Shown here: one piece after another, positions 11,152-26,536 of the stretch | How positions within the stretch are numbered: position 1 is the stretch's first letter | Layout of the letters: each line of letters starts with the position of its first letter | Source: Octopus vulgaris | Lineage: Eukaryota | Reading direction: 5' to 3' | Length of the DNA: 64,000 bases | Assembly: GCA_951406725.2 (NCBI GenBank) | Contig: OX597835.1 | Location: 32,984,001-33,048,000, forward strand | Made by a program: the position numbers and the translations under genes | Notes under the pieces: model-generated | The model's database searches: none | Told to the model about the DNA's origin: nothing | Seen by the model: only the letters and a program-made list of their open reading frames with translations

Positions 11152-11647
11152 AAATTCATTTTTTAAATGTCTTGCTTTGAAAAACTGCATTTAGGTATGA
11201 TTAGTATAATTTTGGTAGTAATGACTTTGTCCCTCTTAGTGTGAGGCATTTATGTGTAATAAAGCCCTCTATACAATATAGATATAATTAATTTGTTCAA
11301 AAGAAAAATATTATTTTCGAATTCTTTTCTTTTATGAGGTTTTCACGCTAACTACCCGATAATTTCTTGTTAAGATTCCTTATTAAGAGTTTATCCTCAA
11401 TTGTTAAACTTATATATATATATATACGTGGGTGGTTTTATGTTACAGATGTATATATTTGTGCTTTTGGATAGAGTTAGATGTATTTATAAGAATGTGT
11501 GGGCGAGTACATATAAGTTTGCATATAAATGTGCATCTGTAGGTTGGTGTGTGTTTTTGCCTAGATATGTGTATGTATATCTATACGTAGACTCTATGGA
11601 AAATGTGGATAACTGAGTACGCATATTTGCATGTGTATGCGTGTGCA

Positions 11648-11696
<49 letters not shown>

Positions 11697-11758
11697 GCAC
11701 ACACACATACAGAAATATATATGTATATATATATATGAAGAAATAAATAAATACATAT

Positions 11759-11818
<60 letters not shown>

Positions 11819-11820
<2 letters not shown>

Positions 11821-12262
11821 TGGGTTAAGGAATAATTCATGGGCGTTTTTTTCCAGTATATTTTAAAGAAAAAAATTTCAACAAATTAATCAATAAAATA
11901 CTCTGTCCTTCTTTACGACTTCCTCCCATCATTCAATATAATTTTCGATGCCTCGCCGATAGAAATCTACTTTTTATCACTCAAAGAATTCGTCCAACTA
12001 ACTCTTAATTCCACCTTGTTATTGAACAAGACACTACGCAAAACGTTCGAAAGAGATGAAAAGGTAACGGCGCCAAGTCTGGAGTTTCCATTTGAGTTGT
12101 TGAGAACGTTCGTTGTTGAGTTGCAGAAGAACGCCATTTCGCCAATTCGGTTTTATGTTGATCGTAGAGCTCCGCATTGAGTGTTTGGTTGCGCTCAAGC
12201 AGTTCGTAATGAATTATGACTTCCCAGTCCCACCACACACATTTTATCATGGCTACCGAATA
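11819..12262 (-). mobile_element. mariner transposase remnant
   Basis: CVWWDWEVIIHYELLERNQTLNAELY and PDLAP..FHLFR motifs. TIR-like TTGGGTTAAGGAATAATTCATGGGCG at 11819. Confidence 0.85.
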
Positions 12263-12273
12263 ATTGTCACATT

Positions 12274-12328
<55 letters not shown>

Positions 12329-12469
12329 CAACCAAGCCGGACTATAAATCCTACCTCCTCACTCTTCACCATCGCCTAAAATATTACCCCGCTCACTTCC
12401 TTCCCACTGCTTTCAGTCGTCCATTAACCTCTCTTTACTCATTTTCAAAAAAACCCCAAAAAAACGAGA

Positions 12470-12656
12470 CGCAGTGATAGATCGTTAGCCACTACACACA
12501 TTTTTTTCTCTCCTTGTTTTTTCTGTGTACTTTTCTGTAGAAGAGCGTAGGCTCGAAACGTAAAATAATTTTTATATTCCTGAGCGTTATACTAATACAT
12601 CTGTTTGTTTTGTATATCCCCTGTCTTCATCTTTTGTTTTTTTCGTAAACCCTCCC

Positions 12657-12657
<1 letters not shown>
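12470..12657 (+). mobile_element. Short Penelope-pLTR-like repeat with a minimal hammerhead-like motif (12531-12566)
   Basis: tttt CTGTAGA a gagc-gtag-gctc GAAA c GTA aaa. The core is non-canonical and stem III is absent. Homologous 3' pieces occur at 8210-8300 (-) and 14325-14395 (+). Confidence 0.55.
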
Positions 12658-12692
<35 letters not shown>

Positions 12693-13061
12693 GGTTATAA
12701 AATGAGATAGGGGTTGAAAATTCAACCCACCATGGGATAATATATATCCAATATACTGCTAGATAGGTACCCAACAAAATTAATACATAGATGTTAAAAA
12801 TTGTCAAACAATCAGTTCATCTATTGTATTAAATGGGTAAAGGTAATAATATTACCGTAAATTAATACTACAAAATTAGAGAAATTATATTTGAAATTTT
12901 TTACTTATATCTCTTTATCTTTTTACTATTACTGTATACCTCATTTCATTTTATATATTGCCTTTATCATATGTAATGGTGTATTAAAGTATGGATTGAG
13001 TATCATCGGATAGTTGATGTTTTACTGATTTAAGTATATTTCTCCATTTCTAATTTTGTAA

Positions 13062-13380
13062 TATATATATATATAAATATATGTATGTATATATGCATGA
13101 ATGTACGTTTGTATGTACAAATGCATGTATACCTGTATGTATGTATGCATGCATGCACGTATGTTTGTATGTATGCACACATTTGGCTTTATAGACAAGG
13201 TTACAAACTCTCAATACACAATTACAATGTAATTATAGTATTCATGATTATTGTGATGAGAACACTCTTTCTTGGTACTTGATGATTCTCAGTAAACGGC
13301 ATTACCTGATAAAATGTTCGCGACAAATGTTGAAGGAGAGATGGTGTTTCAGTTGCAAAAAATTTGCCACCCTATATTGA

Positions 13381-13419
<39 letters not shown>

Positions 13420-13760
13420 TATGTATGCATATATACATACATATATTTATATATATATATATATATATAAATATATGTATGTATATATGCATGAATGTAC
13501 GTTTGTATGTACAAATGCATGTATACCTGTATGTATGTATGCATGCATGCACGTATGTTTGTATGTATGTATGCACACATTTGGCTTTATAGACAAGGTT
13601 ACAAACTCTCAATACACAATTACAATGTAATTATAGTATTCATGATTATTGTGATGAGAACACTCTTTCTTGGTACTTGATGATTCTCAGTAAACGGCAT
13701 TACCTGATAAAATGTTCGCGACAAATGTTGAAGGAGAGATGGGGTTTCAGTTGCAAAAAA
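13062..13760. repeat. Tandem duplication of ~300 bp, period ~398 bp
   Basis: 13062-13362 is nearly identical to 13460-13760. Confidence 0.9.
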
Positions 13761-14124
13761 ATTTGATAGTTATTAAGATATTAATTTGAACAGTCATTAA
13801 GATACAAGTAATTGGGAAAAATCTGTTATTGAAGATGCTCATTAATTATATCGAAGTATTCATACTTTACTAAGAGAAAGCAATTATTAGAGTCTACACT
13901 GCCTAGAAAATTCTTAAAACTCCTAATTTTAATATATATTTTATCAAAATGTGGTTTTGAATTTCTCTCTTTATTGATAGTTCAAACCAATTATGAGTCA
14001 TTGCGAAATAGACTTTTTTAACATTATCAGAGCTAGCGTTCTTTGAAATGAAATATGAAAGAAATTGAATAACAGTGTTTAGTTGCAACACAATTAAGGA
14101 AAAAAATGCTATCAGGTGAACTTT

Positions 14125-14312
14125 ATGCGAATTCATGGAAGTTCTGAAGAATCTAGAGTCTCGAAAGTTAACAACTGATGCGGGTAGTTTATTCCATGTT
14201 TCAACAATTCTGAGTGTGAAAAAAAAATGTTTCCCAAAGTCATGGACGCTATGTTGTTTTTTTATTTTGTATGCATGTCCACGAGTGTTTGACATGGAAT
14301 TCAAAAATGTGC
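14125..14312 (-). mobile_element. CR1-group LINE ORF2 3' end remnant
   Basis: NTRGHAYKIKKQHSVHDFGKHFFFTLRIVETWNKLPASVV matches the CR1-type C-terminal pattern TRGH..K..R..FF..RVV..WN.LP. Confidence 0.8.
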
Positions 14313-14393
14313 CCAAGATCGCTGTTTTCTATTCCTGATCGTTATACTGATACACCTGTCTTCGTCTTTTGTTGTTTTTTTCGTAAACTCTCC

Positions 14394-14475
<82 letters not shown>

Positions 14476-14971
14476 TTATACAATCATGTTTATAGAGATA
14501 CACAACGTTTTCGACAAGTGTTCTGTTTGTTTAGTCAACGGAAAGATCTGCAAATTGAACTACTAGATGAGTGGCTGAGAAGCTCACACTCATGCGTACC
14601 CTAATTATAACTTTTAAGGGAAATATTCATGACAGAAACTGATAAAAAAGGACCTCGAAATTACAAGCACAAAATCACCCGGTAGATGTCAAAATAGTTG
14701 CGATCCACCCCACGTTCGCTCAGAACATTTAGCTTGGCTCGAAGTGATGGTCAAATCTATTTGACTTAGATTCCAAACAATGGAATCGAATGCAGGACCT
14801 TATGCCTAACTATTCAGCCATACATACGCCCACACTTGCACGTAAATGCATATATATATATATATATATTACACTGATATACGTAGATGCATAATCATTC
14901 GGAGCACAAATTCTACGAGCATAAAGGCACACATACATTTATTTATGTATGTACAGATATTTGCGTGTTTG

Positions 14972-15002
<31 letters not shown>

Positions 15003-15269
15003 GCATGTATGTACGGATATGTATACGTATGTATTTTTTAGTTATTTGTGCGTCTGTATGCATATGCATGACAATATACTTGCATGCTGTTTGCTGATTG
15101 CATGCCTCCATGTATCGCAAGGTTTCGGAATATGCATCTCAAAACCACATCATTGCGTTTGTGTCTTTATATATACGTCTGTGCATTGGAAGGAAAGTGA
15201 GAAATATTTTCCTTTTATATTAACAATATATAGCCGCAGAAAAAGTTAGGTTATTTCCACTCTCTCCTC

Positions 15270-15324
<55 letters not shown>

Positions 15325-15969
15325 CATGACACGATCTTACCAAAGTAAGAAATTGCACACAATTCACAGTGTGAACGATCGACGAATAAAATGTGCTTTA
15401 ACTAGCCTGAGGGTAGGATCAGTATGTTCTTTATTCAGCCTGAATAAATATATATTTAAATTACTTCGCACATTGCATTTAGTTTCCTGTATATTCTGTT
15501 TTTTTGTTTTTTTTTGCTAAAACTCATTATTATTATTATGTATATATGTCGCTGTGTTTACATACGTTTCCCTGAGTCTGTGTGTAGGGTCGCGTGTCTA
15601 TGTTAGGATAACATTTTCTGTGGACAGATAATCAGAAGTTTGAACACGACAGACCGAAGAGAATTGGTAAGTAACAAAGAAAGGCAAGCAAAACCTATTG
15701 AAAGGATGGAGCCGAATCTGGAATCCTAGCAAATGTGGTAAGTACGTGTGTGGACACAAATCTTTTAATGTAAAGTTAGGTATATAAGTTCATTTAATGT
15801 TGGCGAGGAGACAAGAATCTCGTAACTCGCGAGTTGCTCTTCCTTTAGGTGTGAAGAACAACTGGGGAAAATGTTAGTTCGAGGCAAAATAATTTATTCT
15901 CCTACACACGATTGGCAAAAAGTCGAAACGCAGGATTTCTTGGGGTACAAATACAAAGCTGTGCTGGAT

Positions 15970-17148
<1,179 letters not shown>

Positions 17149-17499
17149 AACAGAAAGACTTTCGGCTGAAACCCCCTTGTTCACGATTCCGTTTGAAGTC
17201 AATTTTGATTGGTTGGAATCGACGAAACGATATTAAATAAATTTTGACTTACGAACCAGTTTTGTAACTGTATTCTAACTTAGGCAGAAAGACTTAAATA
17301 TACAGAATAATTCTAGGTTGTAACTTTGGTTTCAGCTTTACTAAATGTATATTAGAATCTTAATATAACAGTAAATACGTGTTGTTGCTTTTGCATCAGT
17401 ATTTGTTGTTGTCATACAACCCCAGGTAAATTTTCTTTGAGATCTATGATCAAAACTATTCTAGCCATGATGGTGATGGCCACTAGCATGGCTATAGGT

Positions 17500-17950
17500 A
17501 GAGGCATGGTTGTGTGGTTGGAAAGCTCTCTTTGCAACGCCGTGGTTCCGGATGCAGTTCCACTGCGCGGAATCTTGAGCAAGTATCTTGTAGTGTAGCC
17601 GGGGACCGATAAATAACATCAGGCGGGTGAATTTGAACTATGGAAACTGTGGTGAAGCTAGCCGCATATTTGTGTGTGCATATGTACGTCGTATGTGTGT
17701 GAGTGTCTGAGTATGTGTGAGTCTGTGTTTAAATCGTCTTCGCCTCCCAGCAACATCTGACCGCCTGTGTTGGTGCGTTTATGTCCCCATAACTCAGCGA
17801 TTCGGAAAAACATACCGATCGGACATGTACCAAACATTTCATTTCAAAATACAATTCTGGTGTCGGTTTCTTCGATCAAGACCCTCCAAGGTGGTGCCCC
17901 AGGGTGGCCGCAGTTCAATGACTGGAAACGCGTATAAAATAATAGACAAA
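17500..17950 (+). mobile_element. Degenerate SINE family 1
   Basis: Diverged head (GGCATGGTTGTGTGGTT..TCCCACTGCG..CTTGAGCAAGT) and tail (GGTGCCCCAG..TGGCCGCAGT..ATGACTG.AAAC). Confidence 0.7.
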
Positions 17951-18009
17951 AAATAAAACATACAAATTCCCTTCGCTTAAAGACATCTACGTCTACATAC
18001 ACTATTTAA

Positions 18010-18572
18010 AAAATTTTTATGCGCCCTTTTCAAGCGTAGCCAGGCTCATGGGCCCGGTTCCCGGTTTCTGTGGCGTATGTGTTCTGCCCCAGCTGGATGG
18101 GACGCCAGTCCATCGCAGCGTTACCAATGAAGCAGGAAGAAAGAGTGAGAGAAAGTTGGGGCGAAAGAGTATAACAGGGGTCGCCACCACCTCCTGCCTG
18201 AGCTTCGTGGAGCTTTCAGTGTTTTTTGCTCAATAAACGCACACAAGGCCCGGTCTGGGAATCGAAACCGCGATCCTCCGACCGCGAATCCGCTGCCCTA
18301 AACTCTGGGCCATTGCGCCTCCCGTCATGATGAATATTTTTGTAATAGGCTTGAAACCGGTGAGCTGGCAGAATCGTTTGCAAGCCGGACATAATACTTA
18401 GCGTCATTTTGTCCTTCTTTGCATTCCTAGTTCATGTTTCGCCGAGGTCTGCTTTGCTTTTTGCCCTTTCGTAGATGATGAAATAAGCAGCGATTTCTCA
18501 CTGGGGTCGACGAAAACCGCGATCCTCCGACCGCGAATCTGCTGCCCTAACCACTGGGCCATTGCGCCTCCA
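18010..18572 (-). mobile_element. Chimeric SINE family 2 insertion (V-domain-like tail) bounded by a 15-bp TSD
   Basis: TSD ACATACACTATTTAA at 17995-18009 and 18574-18588. Two tRNA-like heads flank ~190 bp that is homologous to 35760-35952. Confidence 0.85.
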
Positions 18573-19199
18573 CACATACACTATTTAATGTCTTCTGTTT
18601 TACAATGAATGGAAGGGTTACATCCGAGAACGATATAGCTGCAGTTTTTAGCTTGTTGGTTACTGAAGGACTCTCTTGTTTCCTTGTAAAGTAACTAGGT
18701 GTGAAAAAAAGTAAATAAATAAACGTAAATCAGTTGGTGGTTTCTGCTCTGTTGAGTGTTTTATATATTTAACCAAACAGCTAGATAATAATAACATAGG
18801 AAACATCGTACTTTGAAGTCTTTCTTCCGTCATTCTCCCCTTTGACTATCATATGGAAATGTAGAAAGCAGCGATAGGAACCAGTAAGTTAACATAAGGT
18901 TGTGTGTTCCACATCACAGACGAATCGACTGTGACTTCAATAATAATTTTATTCTGTTATTTCATTTATATTCCAACCACACACACATAATTCTACAGCG
19001 AAATGAAAGAAAAGAAAAAAAACTAACTCAATATGTATGAATATTCGAAGGAACGGTTGGATGTAAAAGGGATAATTCTTGAGTTATTATTATTATGTCT
19101 GTTGTTATTGCTATTGTTGTTACTATTGTTACTGTTGTTGCTCTTCATTAATATGTAACATTTTTTGTTATTATTAATGCGCCTGTTGTTATTTTCCAT

Positions 19200-19469
<270 letters not shown>

Positions 19470-19967
19470 ATGCGGCGATCTGGCAGAGACGTTAGCTCGC
19501 CAGGTGAAATGCTTAGCGGTATTCTACGGTTAATTACGGTTTAAGTTCAATTTCCGCATAGGTTGACTTTGTCTTCCATCGTCCTGGGTTGATAAAAGAC
19601 TTATTCTTCCCCCAAGATTTCAGTCAAGGTGCCTATAGTGAAAAGGACTATTATCATTATTACTCAGCCTTTGATAGTTTCAATTAAATTTCTACTGCAT
19701 CATCTGCTGCACATTCGTGTTGCTGGGGTGGGTGCAGTATTGTGCTCTATTTTGCTTTGAGGGGGAAGCAAACTCTTTTCTGTATTGTATTGCATCAGTT
19801 TCTTTTTCTTATCGGGTCGGATGAAGTTTCTTGTTGTATTAGCGTTTTTATTGTGTATTGTGTGTGTAATGCGTTGGGTGATGGATTGCTGGTAGTTGTT
19901 TATTTTATTGGATACTTACGATATAGAGTGTGTCTTTTGTTTGTGAATATTTTGTTTGGGTTGTATC

Positions 19968-20140
19968 ATTGAATTGATAGTGTCTTGCGTAGGATGTGGG
20001 CCTTTCCTATCAGGGCTATTTTTTGGATAGTTTGTAGTGTTGAAGTTCCAGGAATAGCTTCTACGATTTTGTTCATATGTTATTTTTTATCATGCCTAAT
20101 GCTTCGATTTTTATCATGCCCAATGCTACAATTATTACTG
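19968..20140 (-). mobile_element. R4/Dong-like (restriction-like endonuclease) LINE C-terminal remnant
   Basis: Manual translation with a frameshift: VIIVALGMIK.../IVEAIPGTSTLQTIQKIALIGKAHILRKTLSIQ*. This resembles the R4/Dong C-terminus (V.GALG...QK.ALLGTAHILRK.L). Confidence 0.75.
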
Positions 20141-23100
20141 TGTTGTTGTTGTTTTTGTTGATGCTTTTTTGTTTGTTATATCACTTTAACGTGGTGTCAC
20201 AACATGGTCGCAGTCGAATGGCTGAAGGATGTAAGAAAGACAAACGATAAAAAGATAAATATGTAATAGGTATTGCGATGCTATATATACTTTCAGCATG
20301 ATTTCATTGTAACACTTTCTAAAATTGTTTCATAACACCAGCCTGTTATTTAGAAAACAACTAAGCTCAGATTTCATAGAAATCTCACTGAAAAGAATGG
20401 CCATCAAATTATCATAGTTCACGTATTCAGAGACGAATACGTTAATGAATCTTTTTTTAACTGGAAACAGTTTTGCCCGTAGAACTTATAGAGAACGAAG
20501 TTATCGTTTTGATTCCAATCGTAGACTAGGCTTCAGTTTCTAACATGTTAGGTTCCCTTTCAGAGCAAGAAGTCTCGATTTTGTGCATAAGAAGACTCAC
20601 ATTCACTTGCATAAACACTCGGAAGTAGACACACATACAAGCACACAAAATCACACAAAAGCACAACACAGGGCGAAACACACGGAAACAAACATACATA
20701 TGTTCAGGAGTATGAATAAACCTAATAGGAATTAGGTTTATTTATATTCCTAAACATGCGCGCATTGCTTCAACTGGATAAGTTTCATTATAGAATAAGT
20801 TTTCACTGACGATCATTATCGAATATACGCTTTGCTGAAACACCGTGGCTATGTTTTAAGACTGTGAATAAATTTAATTCTAAATACCGTTTTAACATTG
20901 ATTTCTTTCTTAGTTGTAGATAGTAATATTCTGCAGAAGATTGACGCCATCTCTCTCTCTCAATCTCACTCTCTCTTGCTCTCTCTCTCTTCTCTCTCTC
21001 TTTCCTCTCTCTCTATCTCTCTTGTTTTGTTTCCCATAGTTATATGTATGTTTGTATCTATGAGTTTGCGGTAAACAGAGAAAAGATATTTATATAAAAT
21101 TCTGATACCATTTACAATATAACAAGTTATAAAACTCTTCATCCAATAACAATCATAATATTCTGTAAGACATACTGTCTCGCCTCGCTACTTCGCTACA
21201 GCGATTCGACTGCAATATGCGCTCTTTAGCATTGGCTGGTCTCATGCTGTCTCTAACCAGGCGCCTTCGACTCAATCGTTTCTTCTCCCATATTTTATCC
21301 ACCTTCAACTACGAGATGCAGGCATGGCTAACTACTACGAGGAGTCCTTTCTCTGAAATTCCCGTATTGTTCTTTCTCTTTATATTCTAGCGGTCAGTAT
21401 TTTTTTCTTGAATCCTTTAGGTTCATAAAGCCGGTTACTCGTTTTACATGGCGTGTAAATGAAGAAATCTATATCATTCCTCCTGAAAGTGACACTGATC
21501 CACTGACGAATTCAAGGCTAGTGACGTTTGAGAGAAGGGGACAAATTGATTACATGAATCCCAGTACTCCGTATTTTATATCATCGACCCCAAAGGGTTC
21601 AAAGGCAAAGATGACTTCGGTGTAACTTGAATCATTAAGATAAGGGCCTGAAAGAATGCCACTAGGCATTTTCTTAGGTCTGGTAACGATTCTTATTTCT
21701 GTATTGCCCACCAATTTCGCTTGTCTCAGAGAGTTTGTGATGGACAGCCCCTTCTACAAAACCAAACCAATAAAATGAAGACTAAGAAATCACGAAGTCA
21801 AATTTCAATCATATAAAATGTATTAACCATTCAATTTTTAGAAAAACCGAACGTGATACGTGATTATGTGCACAAGAAATACATTAATATGACGAGCTTC
21901 CACACAGTTTCTCTGAGCCAAGTTCTGCCAAAAATAATTGGTCGGCCTTGGTTTATAGTAGAAGATATTTGTTCAAGGTACCATGTTGTGGCACTGAACC
22001 CGACACCATGCGATGGTTAACCACACAGCCTAGCCTGCATCTATCTGCAATTCTTCAAAAAGCAAACTAAATGGTATGCATCTTGATGGAATTCAACGAT
22101 TTCAAATCAAATCCACTTCAATATAAACAACATTACTGGGAAAACTAAGAACTAAGAACAACGTAACCATTCCCTATCTTGAGACATATCAGACAATTTG
22201 ATATAAGGTACCTGACATTACATACACATTTCACAGCTAAACGGGTCAGCAATAAAGGACGATATGTTCACGAAAGCATAAGTACCAGGAGCGATTTATT
22301 CGACTAAAAATCTTCTAGGTGGTGCCCCAGCATGGCCGTAGTCAAAGGATTGAGACAAATAAAAAAAGATAAATATGTGAAAGGCAAGTTGATATTCTGA
22401 GAAGCGAACGCAATTCGAAACCTTTCATACAGAGCTTTCCACATTTTGATAATTATACCAAGGCAGAGTGTTATTTGTTCACCTCGAATTTTATTGATTT
22501 GATTAATATTAAATATATTCTATGTAGATTAATGAAACGAAAGTAAAATCAACTTGAACGAATCGAAGCAAGTGCTGATCAATATAAATGTAAATCAATG
22601 GTCATTCAGCAAAGAGATTGTTATATTGTTATTATTATTAGTGCTGTTAGTGTTATTGTTGTTTGTCATTAGATAACATTCCATGTCTGCTAAAATCTAG
22701 AGAAATAACAAATCATTACTCACTAATTGTTGTCATTAGAGGTGATTCAATTAGTAGATTCATTATCTAAAACAGAAACATTGTTAATGAAATGAATATA
22801 AAATTGCTATTGTGGATGTCGTTGGTGTTGTTTTCTTCTTCTTTTGTTCTGTTGTTCTTTCAGTTGCGTGTTGCGTTGTATTGTGTTGTGTTGTGTGTTT
22901 TCTACGTTTGTTCTCTTGTTAAGTTTACATTTTAGATTCCGTGTCTTTTTGACTTGGAACCGGAAAGCTGAGTAAATGCTGTGGAAGCCAACTAACAACG
23001 GAACACGGCATCAACATGAATAACAACAGCAACAACAACAATAGCAATAACAGCAGCAGCAATATAGTGACATCCGACAAAATATTTGAGTCTAAGTGTA

Positions 23101-23199
23101 AAGTATAACGAATGGAAATACTTATTATTATAAAGAAAAGAAAAACAAACAATATAAAGACAATACAAATTTTACTGCTACCATTACAACCACAGCAAC

Positions 23200-23252
23200 A
23201 CCTGCTGCTGCTTTTACCACCACCACCATTACTTCTACTACTATTTCTTCTT

Positions 23253-23342
<90 letters not shown>

Positions 23343-23565
23343 TAATAATTAAATGCCCTGATGCTGTACCAGACAGTGGCTCTCATGGCTGCTGATCTTA
23401 ACTGATTGGAAGTGTTATCATGATGATGATCATGATGATCATGATCATCATGATCATCATCATCATCATCGTCGTCGTCAATATTATCACCACTTCATCG
23501 TCATCGTCACGACCATCATCATACATCATCATCATCATAATCACCATCATCAACATCGTTGTTAG

Positions 23566-23596
<31 letters not shown>

Positions 23597-23710
23597 TTCA
23601 CCATCATCACCATCATCCTCGTCGTCGTCGTCATCATCATCATCATCATCATCACTAACATAATCATACAGCGGGGGTATCAACAGCATCATAATAATCA
23701 TCATTATAGT
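23200..23710. repeat. Compound (CTA)n/(TAA)n/(CAT)n microsatellites, with a ~70-bp end of the (ATT)n-associated element at 23350-23422
   Basis: 23350-23422 is the reverse complement of 54726-54800. Confidence 0.85.
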
Positions 23711-24954
23711 CAATATGATAAGGGGGCGGTGGTGGATTGGCAGAACGTTTAGCGCAGCGAATCCTGTGTTCGGTTTATTCGTTCCTTTTTCTTGCTCCTC
23801 ATGTTGGGAGTTCGAAAGCGACAGAATCAAATTCCAACTTACCCCACTTCGTAGCTCTGAGGTCTGCAAAATGAAGTACACTTTAAATATTGAATCTTTG
23901 GCATCAACCAATTCTTCCCATTTCAAATATTGCTACCACTGTACTTTCGTTATAAAGCATTATTCCTCTTACAACTTCGTTACAAATGATAACAATGATT
24001 TCGTTAATTAATTAATTATTATGAGCTGGAAAGAAACCACAGAAATATTTTTTTAGTTGAATATTGATAATTATATTTTCAGACGGTGATACAATATTAA
24101 TAATTTTGTAAAGTGTTGGGAAATTTTTAAAGTGCTTAATATATATATATATACTTATAGTTCGTATTTTGTCCTACTTCTAAATATAAATGATCATAAA
24201 CATAAATGCATACTTACATGTATATATACATATATACGTACATGCATACATACATGCATACATACATACATACATACATACATACATACATACATACATA
24301 CATACATACATACATACATACATTCATACATACATACATACATACATACATAGAGCTGAAGAAGACGGAAAAAGACAATATCTACGTTTAACTACTGAGA
24401 ATTTTCTATTATCCAAATTACAAGTTCAGGTTTATACCTGTAATTATTGGGGTACTGGGATATGTTATACACTGCTTATACACCAATCCTGAGAAATTAG
24501 GCTTCTCAAATCCAGAAAAAAAAACCTGATTCGAAGACTACAGATCCAAACCATCACTGGAACTGTAAAAATCTGTAAAACTTTCTAGATGCTTATTATG
24601 GAAGTATATATGAACATGTCTAGATGTGCAAATATATTCACGAGAATACATACATAAAGCATAACTTACAAATGTGCACATATACATATATACATACATA
24701 GATACATACAAAAACATCTTAGTGATGTTGTTGAAATTTTAATGAAGGTGCATTGGATCTAGGTTAGAAACGGACTGTTTTTCTATTGGCAAGAAATATT
24801 GAAATAAAACCAAATAATGACATGCACACACACACACACACACGTATGTACATATGTATGTATGTACCTATGTATGTATATGTATGTACATGCATGTATG
24901 TGTGTGTATGTGTGCATGCGTGTGTGTGTGTGTATGAGTATGTGTAGGAAAATG

Positions 24955-25068
24955 TTGTCCTGCTGTCCCCCTCTTTTAGCAAGCGCCGTGGCGTCGTTCG
25001 TGAAGTAATACGAGGAAAAGCGCATTGTGACCAATGATGTGTAACATCTTATAATCAGATCGGTCATG
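24955..25068 (+). mobile_element. Degenerate tail homologous to the SINE family 2 tail at 28585-28700
   Basis: GTGGCGTCGTTCG...GCGCATTGTGACCAATGATGTGTAACATCT..GATCGGTCATGTGA. Confidence 0.6.
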
Positions 25069-26002
25069 TGAACACGTTATATATATATATGAATGTATAT
25101 GTGTATGGATGTATATATGAACGCATGTATGTATATCGCAAAGTTTAAGATGTTTTCGTACGAATAAACTTTTATTTAAAAACAAATTGCTCTGAAGCAA
25201 AATGCTTGAGAGCATTATCATAGATAGGAGTAAGAAAATGTTAACATTTTTAACAAAACGTGCAACGCGATCAGATCTCTTTAAAATTACGTTGTCGTCA
25301 CGCTGAAATAAAAGGAAAAATAAATCGAAATGAATGAACTTCCGTGATATCAGTTCTTGAAGTTAACATGTGATTGTTACAAAGATCACGCGGTGCTGTT
25401 GCTTCAGTGGCTTCAGTTCATTGCTAGTTTTCGGTGGTAATGGCAGCCGTAGTACAGCGGCAGTAACAGCAGTGGTTCTCAACAGAAGGTACGAAAAATG
25501 TACACATCTTATTCGAGACGTAACTTGCGGCGATATAAAGTATATCTTCGGCAAGGAATACCATTTCTTCAACTAACGACATTTGCACCTTATGGCGAAA
25601 TCGATTTCGAACTACAACCCCCAGTCTTACACCTATAGTCGCCAGACAACCAACATTACATCTGATCACTTCACTCCACCATATCACTTAGAATTGATCG
25701 CCCCGTCACTTTATTCACGTCTAAATTGTTGCTTCACTAGAGATCTTGCCATGAAAATAAAACAATATGCTGCCGATTATAATTTCCATTTCTAAGTCAG
25801 ATTCACATTCCAAGTTGCATTCTGATTATTTCTTGCTATACACACGTTTCAATCCAACGACGTACTGCTCTGCAGACATATTATTCATCACTCGACGTTT
25901 CGCAATCATCTGAGAAACTATAGTATTTAAATTATAGCAAATTAACAATGACTCAGACGTCGCTACAAAACCATGTTATCATTACATTCGTAATTATTAC
26001 CA

Positions 26003-26018
26003 AGCTTCTTCTTCTTCC

Positions 26019-26049
<31 letters not shown>

Positions 26050-26059
26050 CTTCTTCTTC

Positions 26060-26127
<68 letters not shown>

Positions 26128-26234
26128 CATCATCATTATTATTATTATTATTATTATTGCTATCATCGTCATCAACATCATCATCATCATCAACATCATC
26201 TTCGTCGTCATCATTGTTATCATCGTCATCATTG

Positions 26235-26265
<31 letters not shown>

Positions 26266-26316
26266 CTTAATTCATATTATTATTGCCATTTATTATTATC
26301 ATTATTATTATCATTA

Positions 26317-26372
<56 letters not shown>

Positions 26373-26490
26373 GTTATTATTATTGTTATTATTATTATCA
26401 TCATTCTTATTAGTATCATTGTCGTCAACATCATCATCATCATCATCACCATCATCATCATCGTTATCATCATTATTATCATCGTCATCG

Positions 26491-26535
<45 letters not shown>
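26003..26535. repeat. Compound (CTT)n/(ATT)n/(CAT)n microsatellite
   Basis: Direct inspection. Confidence 0.95.

Positions 26536-26536
<1 letters not shown>

Larger units (their letters stand above)
10851..11411. mobile_element. Fold-back HHR element, family B relative: ~209-bp near-perfect inverted arms (10851-11059 / 11072-11280) plus a 130-bp extension, in (TA)n
   Basis: Arms are reverse complements of each other. The sequence aligns by eye with the 481-bp unit at 48351-51099 (CTAAGAGGGACAA, TTTTTCAAAG.AAGACATTTAAAAAA, TATGAGGTTTT.ACGCTA.CTACC). Confidence 0.9.
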
